A DNA stretch of 64,000 nt from Piedraia hortae CBS 480.64 (GCA_010093745.1 MU005959.1:238270-302269); one strand, 5' to 3'; shown: positions 46,923 to 59,886, numbered from the stretch's first letter. Numbers and translations are program-made. The notes: generated by a model not told the origin, from the letters alone.

Positions 46923-47829
46923 TAGCTTGTAGTGGGGAAGTCTTTGTGCAATATATATAGAGTGATGCAATCTTCAAACTTTAGCTTGAAAAGTTCAAGG
47001 AGCCGAAGCTAGAGGGGTGTCCGAGATCTTTGAGTTGCTGGAATGGATCCGTATGTCGGCTGTGTTTTAAGATTTCCTACCACGTCATACTATGTTGGCG
47101 GATAATTTGCAGCTCACGAGCCAAGACGTCGGTGGTGGACATACACATCAATAAATCTAAAGCTAGGTGGCCCATAGCACTCCTCGTTAAAAGACCGGGG
47201 GCGACGACAGCAAGCCTTCATTTTACAGCTTTATAAGCTTGTTGAACATTGAAATTTTGTGTTCATGCTGGGAGGTGGAACAAGATTTTTCGACCTTATT
47301 GGAAATGCGAACACGCGAAAGAATTCATCATTGGTAGTCTGTTGTTTGTTTTTGCAGTTCTAAGTTTATGTTACCTGACGGTCACAAGAGGGTACTGTAT
47401 GGGTCATTGGCACTACACGACCAACCCCGTGCTAACTGGCAGCTACTTTCAGATCTCCCCGCAGCCAGTTGTGACGATTGTATAGTCAACCTGTAGCCAG
47501 TTGCGAAACTGAAAATCGTCGAGAATGGACAGAATTTTGATGCCAATCGATATGTAGCTATCCAAAGAAGCCAGGCAAATGCATGGCATATCTTTCGCAC
47601 CTCATAAGGACTCATGTTGGCGTTAAAAGAAAGCTGTACGCATTTCTTTCCCAGAATTTAACCCTACCAACCCGAATGTCAAAACTGGCAGCAACTGATT
47701 ACCAACCAAGCAAGTGGCAGCAAGTTCATGCGGGGTTGGCAGTGTAGGTAGGCCCTTCACGACTAACTGCCATAACAGCTTTGCCCAACCGCATGTTATC
47801 ATCCTCGGCACTGAACGGGTGCCATTGCG

Positions 47830-48960
47830 ATTATTGGACATTAGAAAATTACCTCCTCAACGAAGATTACTTGACGGCCATTGATTGGGTAATGTTGTGG
47901 AGCAGGGTCCATTTGGCGATATCGGCCAGGGGGAGCCCGAAATGTTACGACAGGACGGACCAGAAACCCCGCCCCCAGAACCAGTGGAGGAACAGGGGGA
48001 GAATCAACCGAAGGAACCAGAGAAAAATGTGGAGCCTGCACTGGAGTTTTAGGCCCCGCAGAAGCAGACCGCCCTGGTCCCGGTGGAGAGTGATGAAACT
48101 GCTTTGGTCTAGGTAGAGGATGATGAAACCGCCCAGGTCTCGTACGACACCATGGACATTGTCGGCGAAGACGACGAGATGATAGACACGCCTATGACGC
48201 CTTTTCAGCCAACTGCAGTGGCAGGCGAAAACCGTAAGCGTGGCAAGTTGCCGCCTCCATCCCCTGAGGTCCGAAAAAAAGCAGGAAGAACTGTAATTCG
48301 TCATGACTATAAGCGTCTTGCCCTGGGCATGGCTGCAATCGCCGAAAGTCCTAAACCCCTCAAGGTAGCCATGAATACTCAGGAAGCAAATTTGTGGCGA
48401 GCTGCCGCAGAGGAGGAGATCCAGTCACTGACTGATAACCACGCCATGCAAATCATTAATCGAGACGATGTCCCGAAGGATCGCAAAAGGTGCTAACAGG
48501 TAAGTGGGTATTCGACAAGAAAATCAACCCAGATGGTTCCATAAACCGGTACAAGGCGAGGTGGACTGCTCGCGATCTTACCCAGTTACCGGGAAAGGAC
48601 TACACTGAGACGTATGTTCCTACGCCTAGAGCCGCCACGGCCCGAAATCTTCTGGTACTTACAACACAGTTCGGGTGGTACTGAGTCCAGATGGACGTGG
48701 AGACAGCTTTTCTAAACCCAAAACTTGATGTGGACCTCTATACGGAAATTCCGGATGGGTTTAAGCAGCCGGGTAAGGTCGTTCGACTACGAAAAGGTCT
48801 ATATGGCCTCAAACAGGCTGTGGCGTGATGGTGCGACCATCTACGAAGGACATTGGCCAAGCTTGGGTTCACACGCACTCAATCGGACGCTTGCATGTAC
48901 GTGGACAGGAAGAAGACGACGTATGTCCTTGGCCATGTGAATGATCTACAATTTGTGTGC
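47830..48960 (+). mobile_element. Degenerate Ty1/copia pol fragment (reverse transcriptase)
   Basis: WRAAAEEEIQSL, KWVFDKK..RYKARW, QMDVETAFLN, LRKGLYGLKQA, HVNDL (decayed YVDD); frameshift near 48490 and internal stops. Confidence 0.92.
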
Positions 48961-50010
48961 ACGACTAGTTGATTTGGGTAGAAAACTTGGATAAGTTGAA
49001 GGATTGTCCTGGTGGAGGAGGTTTTTTAGAGCTTGTGAAAAGCCTTCACTTGAGAGAACCTCAGCTTGTTGGATGTTTTGCCAGATAGTCCATGTAGGAC
49101 AACCTGGTGAGACCGTAGGCAAGATACTTCATCGTTATGGTCTTCTTTTGCAACGCATATGCCAAGATTTTCCACTCAAGGATTAACGTAGCTGACATTG
49201 CGTATGCGTCACAAGGCCTCTATACCAGTGCCTTTACTCAACGCATCATGTTCTAAATTGCACGGAGAAAGGCTCTTTACTCATGAGAAGCAGCTCACCC
49301 GGAGCTTAATCATGAACCAATTTGGGACAGTCGGTAAAATTCTCCACTGGGGAAGTGTTACTCCCCTGACCCACCAGAGCCCCTCCCCAAAGCGGGTATG
49401 AAGCCACGTGAAGCCCCGAGCGTGAAAATTGTCATCGCGAAAGCTGTAGCGCCATGGCGAAGGGCCACAGAAGATGCGGTATACATAACCGCGTACACAG
49501 CGGCAATATGAAGAAAGCCATGAAGCTGCGGATATCACAACTCCCCGCCATGATATCGAACGAGGACAGTGAGTGATCACGTCCAATTTATATGCACGGG
49601 AACGTCCCAGAGTATTGCAGGACTCATTTCGTCGCATTCCCTGTAACAAAGTTTTAAGTTGTGCATACATCACAGCGGGGCCTCTGGTTTGTGCTTTCAT
49701 GCATCAAGACACTATAACTCGTCTGTGGGTTTGTTACTGCGCACTCCGCAGCCCTCCATGGTGATGGCCAATATCTATCCAGGTGGGGCAAGATGACAAG
49801 ATCTAAGATCAACGAGTCATGAATACTCAAAACCACTGTTCCCGTCCCATTTTCCTTCCCTACAAGCACGGCAGAGTCTATCCAAAAACATCAAAACGCA
49901 AGAAACACCCGTCAGAGCGCAACAATAAAGTTCTGCACATACGTCCGTAATACCAAGCCACAAGTGGGGCATCCAGGTGACCTCACATCATCCCCCCTCC
50001 AATCGCAAGG

Positions 50011-51264
50011 ATGCCTCTCCAGGAAGAACAGAATATTGCAGCCCTACAAGACACAAGTCTAAACCTCCAAAACATCATCGCCATCACCTCATCCGACGCA
50101 ATCAACAATACGCACGAAATTCATTACATGCTCAACGACAAATACCACCGCGAAAGCGTCCCTACTTCAAACATCCCTCCAGCCCTCCTCAAGAACCTCT
50201 CTCTCCCAACCTCACTATGGTTCTCAACCAAACCACAACGTATACACGTGATCGTCTCTACCCACTCTGGCACGGGCAAGGGACGGGAGGTATATTCCTC
50301 GGCAGTGCAGCCGTTTCTCGCATCACTCTTGCCCGATGCCGATATCGATGTGAGCGAGACCCAGTCTGCGGAGAGTGTTTCCATCATTGTGCGGGAAGTG
50401 ATACTTCCAGCTGCCAACAGGGGCGAGGAGCAGTTGATTATATTGCTTTCTGGGGATGGCGGCGTTGTAGATGTGCTTTGCGCGTTGCGGGAAGGAGAGA
50501 GGAACACATTTTACGTGAAGCCTGTGCTGGGGCTTTTGCCGGTTGGGACGGGGAATGCGCTTGCTAATTCAACGGGGTTGACGCGCGATGATACGTTTGA
50601 TTTGAGGGCGTTGGTGCACGGCGGGCCGAGGTCGCTGCCGCATTTTGTGGTGAGATTCCAGGAAGGAGGAGCGAGAAAAGATGGTGAGGTGGTTGCGAAG
50701 ATGTATGGAGCTGTGGTTTTTTCATGGGGTTTGCATGCCACTATTGTGGCAGAGAGTGATTCGCCAGAAAACCGCAAGCGAGGCGTGGAGAGGTTTCAGA
50801 TCGCGACAAAGGACGAACTGTTCCCCCTTGGAGGGGGTCCGCCGCACGCGTATAAAGCCAAGGAGGTATCTATATTGCGACAGCCGGACGGTGAGTGGCA
50901 AGTTATGGAGAGACAGACGCACGGATACGTGCTTGTGACCTTGGTCAGTCAGCTGGAGAAGGGCTTCACCATCTCGCCGGCGTCGCGACCGATGGATGGG
51001 ATGTTGTGGCTGGTGCATTTTGATGCGTTGGATGGGAATGAGACCATGAGGCTCATGATGAGGGCTTATGATAACGGGAATCATATTGAAGATGAACGCG
51101 TGGGCTATGAACAGATCCACGGGTTGAGAATAGAATTCGGCAACGACGAAGATGCTCGCTGGCGACGTGTCTGCGTTGACGGAAAGATCGTTCAGATTGA
51201 AGAACATGGATGGGTGGAGGTTGTGATGGACAAGGAGGATGTTATCGATTTACTGGTTGAATGA
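50011..51264 (+). CDS. Diacylglycerol/sphingosine kinase catalytic-domain protein
   Basis: STHSGTG, LSGDGG, LLPVGTGNALA, CVDG. Confidence 0.88.
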   Translation: MPLQEEQNIAALQDTSLNLQNIIAITSSDAINNTHEIHYMLNDKYHRESVPTSNIPPALLKNLSLPTSLWFSTKPQRIHVIVSTHSGTGKGREVYSSAVQPFLASLLPDADIDVSETQSAESVSIIVREVILPAANRGEEQLIILLSGDGGVVDVLCALREGERNTFYVKPVLGLLPVGTGNALANSTGLTRDDTFDLRALVHGGPRSLPHFVVRFQEGGARKDGEVVAKMYGAVVFSWGLHATIVAESDSPENRKRGVERFQIATKDELFPLGGGPPHAYKAKEVSILRQPDGEWQVMERQTHGYVLVTLVSQLEKGFTISPASRPMDGMLWLVHFDALDGNETMRLMMRAYDNGNHIEDERVGYEQIHGLRIEFGNDEDARWRRVCVDGKIVQIEEHGWVEVVMDKEDVIDLLVE

Positions 51265-51280
51265 GATCTCCTCCTTCACC

Positions 51281-51871
51281 TCAACCACGTCGTCCTGCTG
51301 TTCCTGTCCCACGACTGATACCACTTGGCCTGGTGGTACGAGAGGCTCTACTTCGCCCAGGTTGTGCTGAAGTTACAGGAGCAGCCCTTGTAGCGGTTCT
51401 ACTTGCTCTCGTACCCCGTACACGCGGCAGAGTCGTTGTCTTACGGGGCTGCTGCTGCTCTTCCTCGGCTTTGCGCTGGGCAGCTTCACGCCGACGACGC
51501 TCTTCCAGAGCGCGGGATTCGGCCTCCTGACGCCTCCGCAGCTCCTCCTGTTCCATATCCTCCATGTCTTGTGTAGCACCGGGCCATTGCGGGTCCAATA
51601 CCAGCCTCTGGTTGTGTTCTGTCTGTGACAGAATCCTCGTCCACGCGCCCAACAGCGTGCCAGCGTTGTCAACCGTGCCCTGAACTGTGCTCATGTGCTC
51701 CTTGGCCTTACTTAGATCGTCCACAATGTTCTCTAGTGAGTTGTTTATCTGGCGAAGGCGGTCCAATTCCTCCTTGAGACAGGCATTGCGGGACTGAGAA
51801 GCTGCAGCATTGGTAGCAGGTTGGGGGTCAGCAGAGGGACTAGCAAAGAGGGCATCTACATCTTGGTCCAT
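51281..51871 (-). CDS. DUO1: DASH/Dam1 complex subunit Duo1
   Basis: LKEELDRLRQIN..LLGAWTRILSQTEHNQRLVLDPQWPG. Confidence 0.92.
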   Translation of the reverse strand: MDQDVDALFASPSADPQPATNAAASQSRNACLKEELDRLRQINNSLENIVDDLSKAKEHMSTVQGTVDNAGTLLGAWTRILSQTEHNQRLVLDPQWPGATQDMEDMEQEELRRRQEAESRALEERRRREAAQRKAEEEQQQPRKTTTLPRVRGTRASRTATRAAPVTSAQPGRSRASRTTRPSGISRGTGTAGRRG

Positions 51872-52095
51872 GCTCGCGGAGCACACTACAGCGTCACGGG
51901 GTATTGTTTATCATCTCCATTGTGCGTGTGACGTTAACGACGTTGAAGTGCGTCACGTGCCCGAGACGGGTGCACGGGCCACGCTAGCCACCTCCGGCCA
52001 CCCCGTTTACACTTAGACATCTTGTCGCCCATGCCGATGCATTACTTTTGACACTTGACATCCTTTGCTTGGAATCATTTTTGGAGACTGGCGCC

Positions 52096-53235
52096 ATGCC
52101 TTCGACGCCCGTCAGAACACCCAGTCCTGCACCTTGCGATCGTCCCAACACTCCACCCGCTCCCGCCCTTGGCGCGCGTTATGATAACTGGGAACCGTAT
52201 GCGCCGCGTCGATCGACCAGGAAGACGGCGCAGCGCAACCCCTATGGCTCTCACAATGTCGAAAAGTCGCCGCCCATAATGCCGCGCGATATCCGCGATA
52301 CAACTCCTCCACCAACCGCTCGTCGTTCAAATCGCGCACAAAGATCCGCCCTTGCCTTCACACCGCAGACGGGAGCGCATGAGACTCCCATTAAGCGGAA
52401 AAAGCACATTGGCCCTCTGTCGCCGCCGACTACATGTGAACCAGCCCTCTTGACGCCAGATAAAACGCCCCTCAAGCGTTCTGAGAAAGCAGTGGGATCG
52501 CCAGCGCGGGTCCTGACATTTCAACCCGTGAGCCCCGATGATTCAATGCCGATGCCACGCAAGCAGCGCAAGCGCGGTGAGATGGTCAACGTCCTGGACC
52601 CTGGTGGGAAGTCTTCGGGCGGATTTTCCATATACACGGATGTTCAGGATCGCCAACCTGAGCTCGATCTGTCCGAAGACAATCCTTTCATTGGTCCGCT
52701 CACCAAGGTTCGCAAAAGCGAAGAGCAACTTATGGTGGAAGCCGCTGAGCGAGACGAAGGCATCATGTTCATGTTGTAAGTTCCATCTTCTATCGTTTAG
52801 GACTCCAGAATACTGACTTTGATCAGCCGCGGAAAGAAGGTGTTTCGTCGCTTTGCGCAGGAAGGGGAGACGACGACGGCTCCGGCTGGTTTGGAGCGCC
52901 AGATCGGCGGTGCATCGCAGCGTCCTCTGACGCGCAGTTCTGTCAAGCCGCGGTTGCTCTTCGCTAAGAAGAAGAATAGCGACGACGATGAAGAGGCTTT
53001 GACGGACATTGAGCCGAGTCTGGAAGCTCAGCGGCGCACCGGCGGACGCCGCCTCGGAGGCATTAAGAGGGCTTCTGCGGCTACGCCGTCGTCGCCTGGG
53101 TACTCACCAGGTGCAAGTGGCGTGAAGCGGGCGAGGGTGTCGAAGAAAAAAGGGTCGAGGAAGACGGCATCGACGAGGATTGGGAGGGCGGTGGAGGTGG
53201 AATCTGGGAATGCATCAACGTCAGCGGTTGTTTAG
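52096..53235 (+). CDS. Conserved fungal disordered, TP/SP-rich protein; intron 52776-52826
   Basis: A 51-nt GTAAGT..CTGAC..CAG intron restores MFRGKKVFRRF; also FSIYTD, DNPF, LTRSSVKPRLLF. Confidence 0.8.
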
Positions 53236-54845
53236 CCGTTCACTTGGAATACCCTAGGTTAGCATTAGCGTAATGACATGGCATGATCCTGTGATGAAGA
53301 AATTGGTCAGCGTCAGGCACCAAGTCGAGTTCAGGGATGAGTTAGGCAAACATGTTCACGCACGCACATGCACACAACGCCTTTATCCTGCTTTGGGTCA
53401 TAACGACGTACTGAATGATGTTTTCACTTGTTAAACTGCTCTGCTATTACTCGTTGGACGTTCCTTTTCTGCTATCGGGCCGCAAGAGACATTGCCCGCG
53501 TCAGCTACGTGGTAAGAGTGGCTCTGTTGACCACATGGCTGATGCAAAGAAGCCTTGTATTACTCATGGAATGCACCCTTTCACTTTAGGATAGGTATCT
53601 ACAAGGCTGACCGTGTCTCAGACTGATCACCTATGAACCCGTAAGCCGAAGCACCAAAGGTCAGTAGAAAATAGAATCGTTTCACAAATGGCTGGAGCAG
53701 CGAACAAAGAAAGGGTGGGTCTTCGAGTATGCTATTTACTTTGGGTCCCTCGTCGTGTTTCTCTGGTTCTCACTTCATTCATGTTCCAGCTTACACTTGA
53801 TGTATATAGAAGTATAGAATACACCAAGCGTAGAATCGATCATGTCGTAGCCAATTTACCTCGCACCGACAAGAACCGCATCCCAGCTCTTCGGGAACCA
53901 ACCCAACATTTCGGTTCAGATGATCAACTGGCCAAGTACAAACTCTTGGGACAAATACCACCTGCTAGTCAGCAGGATCTAAGTAGTGAGAAGAAACATC
54001 CTATCTTCACTTCCGATGCGAGTATCAAAAACAATTTTATCGAATCTATGATCCATCAAGATTTGAAAAGTTCTTCAGATCCTAATACAGCAGCCAGCAA
54101 GGCCGAACTAGCTGCTCACCACCTGCAGGAATTGCAGCCCAACGCAGCTTCTCCTAAAGTATTTCCCCGCTGTACGAGAACAATATCGTGCTGGGATTAA
54201 AAGGGGTGTCGAGTCTGGTAAGGCTTTGGGCAGCATTAGACCACCTAGAGCATTCGAAAAGAAAAGCCCAACACCTCCTGATATTGAGGAGCAGGCAAGC
54301 TAGGAAGACTGCCACACTTTTTGCAACTCGCAACACTACAATTAAGTATCAACTCCAACACCGAAACAAGCCCTTGGTAATCTAGAGGAGAGCTCAAGTT
54401 CGAAGTTCATATTTTCGATGTTTGAAGTTACACTCCAGCTCCAGGGTCGGTGTAACAGGGCGGCAAGTCTTCCTGGAGACACTTCATTCGTGAAGCATTG
54501 CATTTCTTGCCCTCGCAAGCTGAAACTATTGTCACATAAGACGATACCTTCGGTTCTCCGAGATGCCAGGATCGGAAATGGCTCGCTTTCGCTCAAAGAA
54601 GATGAAGGCAGTGGTTACCTTGATTGGGCCAGAGGAGTGGTCTACAATAAAATCGATTAACGGAAAGATACCAATATACGACAGGTTCCTGACGTAGATG
54701 GTAGGAGAAGCGCTCGCCGCGAAGCTGTTTGGTAATTGTACGTGAGGGTGGTGCGAAGATAGAATACATACGTTGAGGAACACAGCAGGCTCGACCGGGT
54801 GCTTCTTGATAGTCCCGTTGATGATAGATTCAGTGCAGCCAACCC

Positions 54846-55688
54846 TCACAGCATGCGGCCAACGAATGGCACACAAGCCAGCATCTGATCGTACAATTTG
54901 CCTACGTATCCGGGGGCTCGTCCTCCACGTCCCACGATGCCGATGCCTCCGGCCATCCACAGTCCTGCAAGAACTGCTGTGATGGCGCTCACAGTGTACC
55001 TCCTTTTCTTGACACGAAGCGCGTCCATGCGGCCTGCCATGGGTGCGTAGCCCAGCCATCGCGCCCATCCCCCGACGATATGGGCAGCTCCGACGCCAAT
55101 AAGTGCCACGAAACCCGCAGTTGACGTAATGGGATGGCTCGCAAATGCGTGGCTCACGTAGCTCAGGTTGATGTTTGACGCGCCGCCGGGAAAAGACTGA
55201 GGAATTGCGCGGTTCATGTAGACGTGAGCGGCCAAAAGGGGAACCAGAGCGTAGCCAAGGATGCTGGTGCCTGAGAGACGGGGCCAGAACCTTGCGTGGG
55301 CGACGCCATCGTCGTCACCGTAGCGTTTGGCGTTGAGCTGTCGGCGGGTGACGCGCAGCGCGATGCCGGAGAAGACATGGGCGGCCAGTGGGAGGCCGAC
55401 CAGCAGCGGTTCAAAGGGGAAGCCTTGGTAATAGGGTCGCGTGAGAAGCAGCGAGTGTTCACTGGCTGCCACACTCCGTCGGACAAGCGGGATGATTGCT
55501 GTATTGACGAGGTGGGCGGCGGCGAATGCGGTGAAGGAGTAACTCGAGTAGCGCTGGATGCGCTGCAGGTACCACGCCGCCGAGTGTTGCGACAGACCAG
55601 TACGAGGCGCCGGCGGGAAGTAGGCCGCCCCGTCCGCGCTTGATGGACTCTCGACGGGTGACGGGTCCAGGCGCGTCAGGTCTGTCAT
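54846..55688 (-). CDS. MCP1: Mitochondrial outer-membrane protein Mcp1 (DUF1691)
   Basis: LQRIQRYSSY..HLVNT, LLLTRPYYQ, AHVFSGIALR; multiple TM helices. Confidence 0.82.
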   Translation of the reverse strand: MTDLTRLDPSPVESPSSADGAAYFPPAPRTGLSQHSAAWYLQRIQRYSSYSFTAFAAAHLVNTAIIPLVRRSVAASEHSLLLTRPYYQGFPFEPLLVGLPLAAHVFSGIALRVTRRQLNAKRYGDDDGVAHARFWPRLSGTSILGYALVPLLAAHVYMNRAIPQSFPGGASNINLSYVSHAFASHPITSTAGFVALIGVGAAHIVGGWARWLGYAPMAGRMDALRVKKRRYTVSAITAVLAGLWMAGGIGIVGRGGRAPGYVGKLYDQMLACVPFVGRML

Positions 55689-55731
55689 TGTCGTTGGCTT
55701 CCGCTCGACCGTTCACCATTCACCGCCCACT

Positions 55732-56307
55732 ATGCCACCCGTGAGTCTCCCTTGACGCAACAACAACCGCTAACATCCCCAGCGCAGCACCACCCTGCCC
55801 CAGGCGACTACAGACAGCGCGCGCGAGGCCCGCCGGAGTTTCTTCTGCGACCTCTGCCAAAAAGGCTACGCGCGCATCAACGACTTTGAGGCACACGAGG
55901 CCTCGTATGACCATCTACACAAGAAACGTATCAAGGAATTGAAGCAGCTGTCGCGGGACCCCAATGCGGCCTCAAGAGCCGAACGCGAGCGAAAGGCCAA
56001 CGAAGAAGCCGGACTCAAGTCCATCAACCTCAGCACTACCGGCGCGTCAACCAAGAAGAAGCCCGTCTTCAAAAGCACGGTGCAGGGAGCATCTACCACC
56101 GCTTCTGCCTCGTTGACGACCCAGGCACCCGTGGCTCGCGATCCCAGTATGGCGCGGACAAACGGCTGGTGGCCGGACAGGTACGATCCGCGCTTCCCAA
56201 CCTGTCGGGATCGCTGCTTCATCTGCGGTGAAAAGCACAATCCTCTCCTCCCACAGAGCAGTAACGAGGGCTGGGAGGATTACGTCCAGAAAACTAGCCA
56301 TCCTTGA
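55732..56307 (+). CDS. U1/Jaz-type C2H2 zinc-finger protein; exons 55732-55740 and 55783-56307
   Basis: 42-nt intron GTGAGT..GCTAAC..CAG; FFCDLCQKGY..HEASYDHLHKKR. Confidence 0.85.
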
Positions 56308-57142
56308 TGGTAAACTGGAAGCTGCTCTCCCTTTCACGCTCTGGGACGGGCTTTCCGTCCTGATACAGCATTCTCTCAACAAAGGTTACCTCTCCATTAC
56401 GACCAACCAGCAGCACAATCTGCGTCTGTGTGCCGTAGTGGTTACCCTGACCAGCGTCAACAGGCGGTATGAATATCGACTTCCTCAGCTCAAAGGCCCA
56501 AGACTGAAAGTCCTCGTCATGCTTTGGATGGCGTGGTAGAGTATCCGTCGACAGTGTAGCAAAGAGCTCCTGCACCAACTCATCTCTTTCCCAATCTTTG
56601 CCTACAATCTCGCCCAGCATTTCTTCCCCCTTTACGACCTTTGGCCATGTTGCATCTCCAAACAAACTGTTGCTAAATGCACGCGTCTGGCCCCTTGCAA
56701 CATCCACCACCTCATCAGGAGATTCTGTTCGATTCGAAATGATATCGAACGAGCCACTTGTCATCGAATCTCCGAACAACAGCGTGAACCCACCAAAGTC
56801 GACGACGCCAATCTCGTTTACGAGATGCGTTGCAAACTCTTCTTTGCCATGTGGGAAGGTGAGAAACTCCTTGACAAGCGCCCCGCGACTCTTTCCTTTG
56901 AGGATCATCTCACCCTTCTCACGGAAATTTGTCACGTTTGCAATCTTGCCCGAGCTTGATATACCCAGCCAGGTTCCTCTCTCAGGCCGCTGAAGGTCGC
57001 GCGGGGCGAGGATCTTGGTCTTCTCTGCATCATCTGACCACCAATGCGTCCTCTGCGTCGGCCTCACGAGGAACTCGTCACGGTTGTTTGCTAGGATCAG
57101 CGCATAGTCCTTGTGCGCCGTACTGAACAGAGTGATGCACAT
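56294..57142 (-). CDS. TANGO2/NRDE (DUF833) family protein
   Basis: MCI start, LILANNRDEF, GTWLG, SRGALV, YGTQTQ. Confidence 0.92.
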   Translation of the reverse strand: MCITLFSTAHKDYALILANNRDEFLVRPTQRTHWWSDDAEKTKILAPRDLQRPERGTWLGISSSGKIANVTNFREKGEMILKGKSRGALVKEFLTFPHGKEEFATHLVNEIGVVDFGGFTLLFGDSMTSGSFDIISNRTESPDEVVDVARGQTRAFSNSLFGDATWPKVVKGEEMLGEIVGKDWERDELVQELFATLSTDTLPRHPKHDEDFQSWAFELRKSIFIPPVDAGQGNHYGTQTQIVLLVGRNGEVTFVERMLYQDGKPVPERERESSFQFTIKDG

Positions 57143-57278
57143 TTTCCTGTCAGACCGCAGCCAGGCTGATATATCCAGTGACATCTCCTGGTGCGGGGCT
57201 GATTCGCTCAGCCAGCCCCGCGATGACGTATGCGTTGATTGAGGGGAAAACATTCTTCGACAAACACCGTCACCAAGA

Positions 57279-58214
57279 ATGTTCAACCCCGTTACCGAAT
57301 TCCTGACGGCGACCATCTCTGTAGTACTGCCCGTCTATTTCACCTACAAAGCGTTGCACAGCGGTGCGGCAGCGTCAACGCTGACGTCGTGGCTGCGCTA
57401 CTGGATCACCTTCTCGCTGCTCTCTCTGGCTGAACGTGAAGTCTCCTTTCTCATCTCCTGGATACCGCTGTATTCGTTCGCTCGGCTGGGGCTGTACTCT
57501 TATCTCGTACTCGCTCCCCAGGGCAGCGATTACGTCTACTTCCGCCACATCCTCCCCTTCCTGGAGGATCACGAACGCTCCATCGACCGTATGCTGGGCA
57601 ACCTATACCGTACCAGCAGACAGGCCGGCCTCGGTGCCGTAGAGAATGGAGTCGAGTTCGTCAAAGTCAACATGCTCGGCTTCCCCAAAAGAACACCGCC
57701 GCCGGCGGCCGCAAGAGATCAGCCTGGTGGCTGGATGGGTAGGCTTTCGGCCAGAAGTGGTATCGAGTTTTATAACCTCCTAAGCACTGCGTCGGCCGAT
57801 CCTGGTGTGAGATCTCCATCCAGAGGTCCCAGATCGACGTCGAGGGCCCCGTCGTCTGGCTCTTCAACTGATCGGCAGCTGCGCCGCAGCCACTCGCCCT
57901 CACCCGTCGGCCTGCCGCTCGGGTTCCGGAGCTCCTCGGGCCACGAGAAGAGTATGTTTTCGAGAAACGAGCCCGAGAGGTTGGATGCCCACGTGCCCGC
58001 CTCACAGCTGGAAGTCCCTGTCAGGCGAACGGCGTATCGCGATGCGGATGGCTCAGAGTACGAGGTTGTAGTGTATGAAGATGAGGATACTGCATCAGGT
58101 GCTGCAAAGAGAGAGGTCAAGGAGGACAAGCCCGCTTTAGCAAGATCAACATCTGCGTGGAGCAACTGGATTTGGGGTTCGTATGGTGAAAAGGATTCTG
58201 CAAAGAATGGATGA
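57279..58214 (+). CDS. HVA22/TB2-DP1 (REEP-like) membrane protein
   Basis: PVYFTYKAL, WLRYWI, WIPLY, PQGSDYVY..PFLEDHE. Confidence 0.87.
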   Translation: MFNPVTEFLTATISVVLPVYFTYKALHSGAAASTLTSWLRYWITFSLLSLAEREVSFLISWIPLYSFARLGLYSYLVLAPQGSDYVYFRHILPFLEDHERSIDRMLGNLYRTSRQAGLGAVENGVEFVKVNMLGFPKRTPPPAAARDQPGGWMGRLSARSGIEFYNLLSTASADPGVRSPSRGPRSTSRAPSSGSSTDRQLRRSHSPSPVGLPLGFRSSSGHEKSMFSRNEPERLDAHVPASQLEVPVRRTAYRDADGSEYEVVVYEDEDTASGAAKREVKEDKPALARSTSAWSNWIWGSYGEKDSAKNG

Positions 58215-59886
58215 AGAGTCTGTACATAATGATGATGACTGAATTTGACATGACTCTGTTCACGCAAGAAGAAGGATGTATCGCTGCCAGTTACTGACCC
58301 GCTACCGTTCCGTTCATCGAGTAGACCTGCCACAGACAAAGGCCCGAACGGAGCAGCTCCAGTCATTAGACCTGCTGCCCCTCAAATTGTCCATATATAT
58401 GTAAAAGACACCCTGAGACCTGATACAATTGGGATTTCAAAGCTGCGCAATGCTGTCACCTCCTTCCGGTCTGATCCACTTGAATGTCATTCGACAATAT
58501 TCAACAGTTGCCAATAACGAACTTAAGCAGGCATCAATAAGACCTTCCATCAGTCGATCTGTGGAAGAAGCCACAGTGCGCATCAACGGGAAGAATACTA
58601 GTTTTTGCTTTTGCGTTTGCGTATATCGGTGACATGAAGACTTACCATGAACCCGTCGCCCACCACACCTCCACGATGGAAGAACCAAGGAGGAAATGAC
58701 GCTGACGGGTCCTCAATCATGCTGTACGATCGAGATCAGGCAGCGATGAATGCTTTAGAAGTCATCCTCCCCGGAATGGTGTCCGTTTCAAAACGGAATT
58801 AACTAGTCGACTGAGGCTGAGTAAGGTGCCAACCGCGACTACAACTATCCACTTTCAATTTAGCGTTTGAAATTTTGGGAACAATGCGATCCATGGTTTG
58901 CCCGTGGAAACTTATTACAAGAACAGTTCAAATGGGACCAAAGGCCAATGAATTGCTAATACGTGCAACAGTTAAACTTGCCAACTGTTTGTAGAGATTT
59001 GGCTGTCGTGGGTGAGAGTGCGCAGCGACCCGAAGAGGACGGAGCGATAGACGGAATCAGGGGCAGGAAAGATGTAGATGTATGTGAGTCAAATACCAGT
59101 TGTAGTATGGTAGTGTGAATGACTATTATTCAATGAGGGGACGTTCAGAATGAAAATTCTGTACCGGTGGGCCGGTGACGTCACGTCGTACACTAGCGGG
59201 GCGTATTCACCATGTCACATATGACATGACCCTGAGGGAAAACCTCTGTGAGGGAAAAACCTAGGGTGCAGCTGGTGGTGTAGGAGGTATCGCTGACTTG
59301 CTATGCAAGTGCCCTGCATACGCGCTAGCGGCGATGCTTGAATCCAACACTGTTTATCAACCTGACCGTCCATGAACTGCTCATGCGACAACAACCGTAG
59401 TTTGAACAATTTGTTTTCAGGGGGTTGTTAATTCTAATAAACTGTCAATCAGATAATTGAAACAGGTATAAACCGAAACTGTGCGTTAGAGAAGTTACCC
59501 AACCTCCGCTAATTAGGAGGGGGGTTCGAAGGAGGGTCACGACACGAGGCTAAGGACGAAGGGTTGGAGTCGAGGGATCGATGAGAGACAAAGGTGAGAG
59601 GCTCAGAGCAATGGACTATGGACAAGAGGACTGCATAGACCCTATGCAGACAGATAACAACGCATGAAGAAGAGAAGAGAAAAGTCAGTGCCATCTGAGT
59701 ATGTGCTGCAGAGTGGGGCCACTAGACTCGGGCCGTGGACGGACCGGGCCCTTCCGCATGACGTAGGCCCTAAGTTCTGACATTTTCTTGTGAAGTCTGC
59801 ACGTTCAAATTTCGTCTCAATGGATACCAGCTACCGTTACATTCGCTAAAATCCTCGTCCGCAGCAGTCTGATCCCATCAGATCAC

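Noticed and set aside
53688..54660. ORF fragments of 170, 65 and 80 aa
   Set aside because: Probably decayed coding sequence, but no recognisable motif supports a call.
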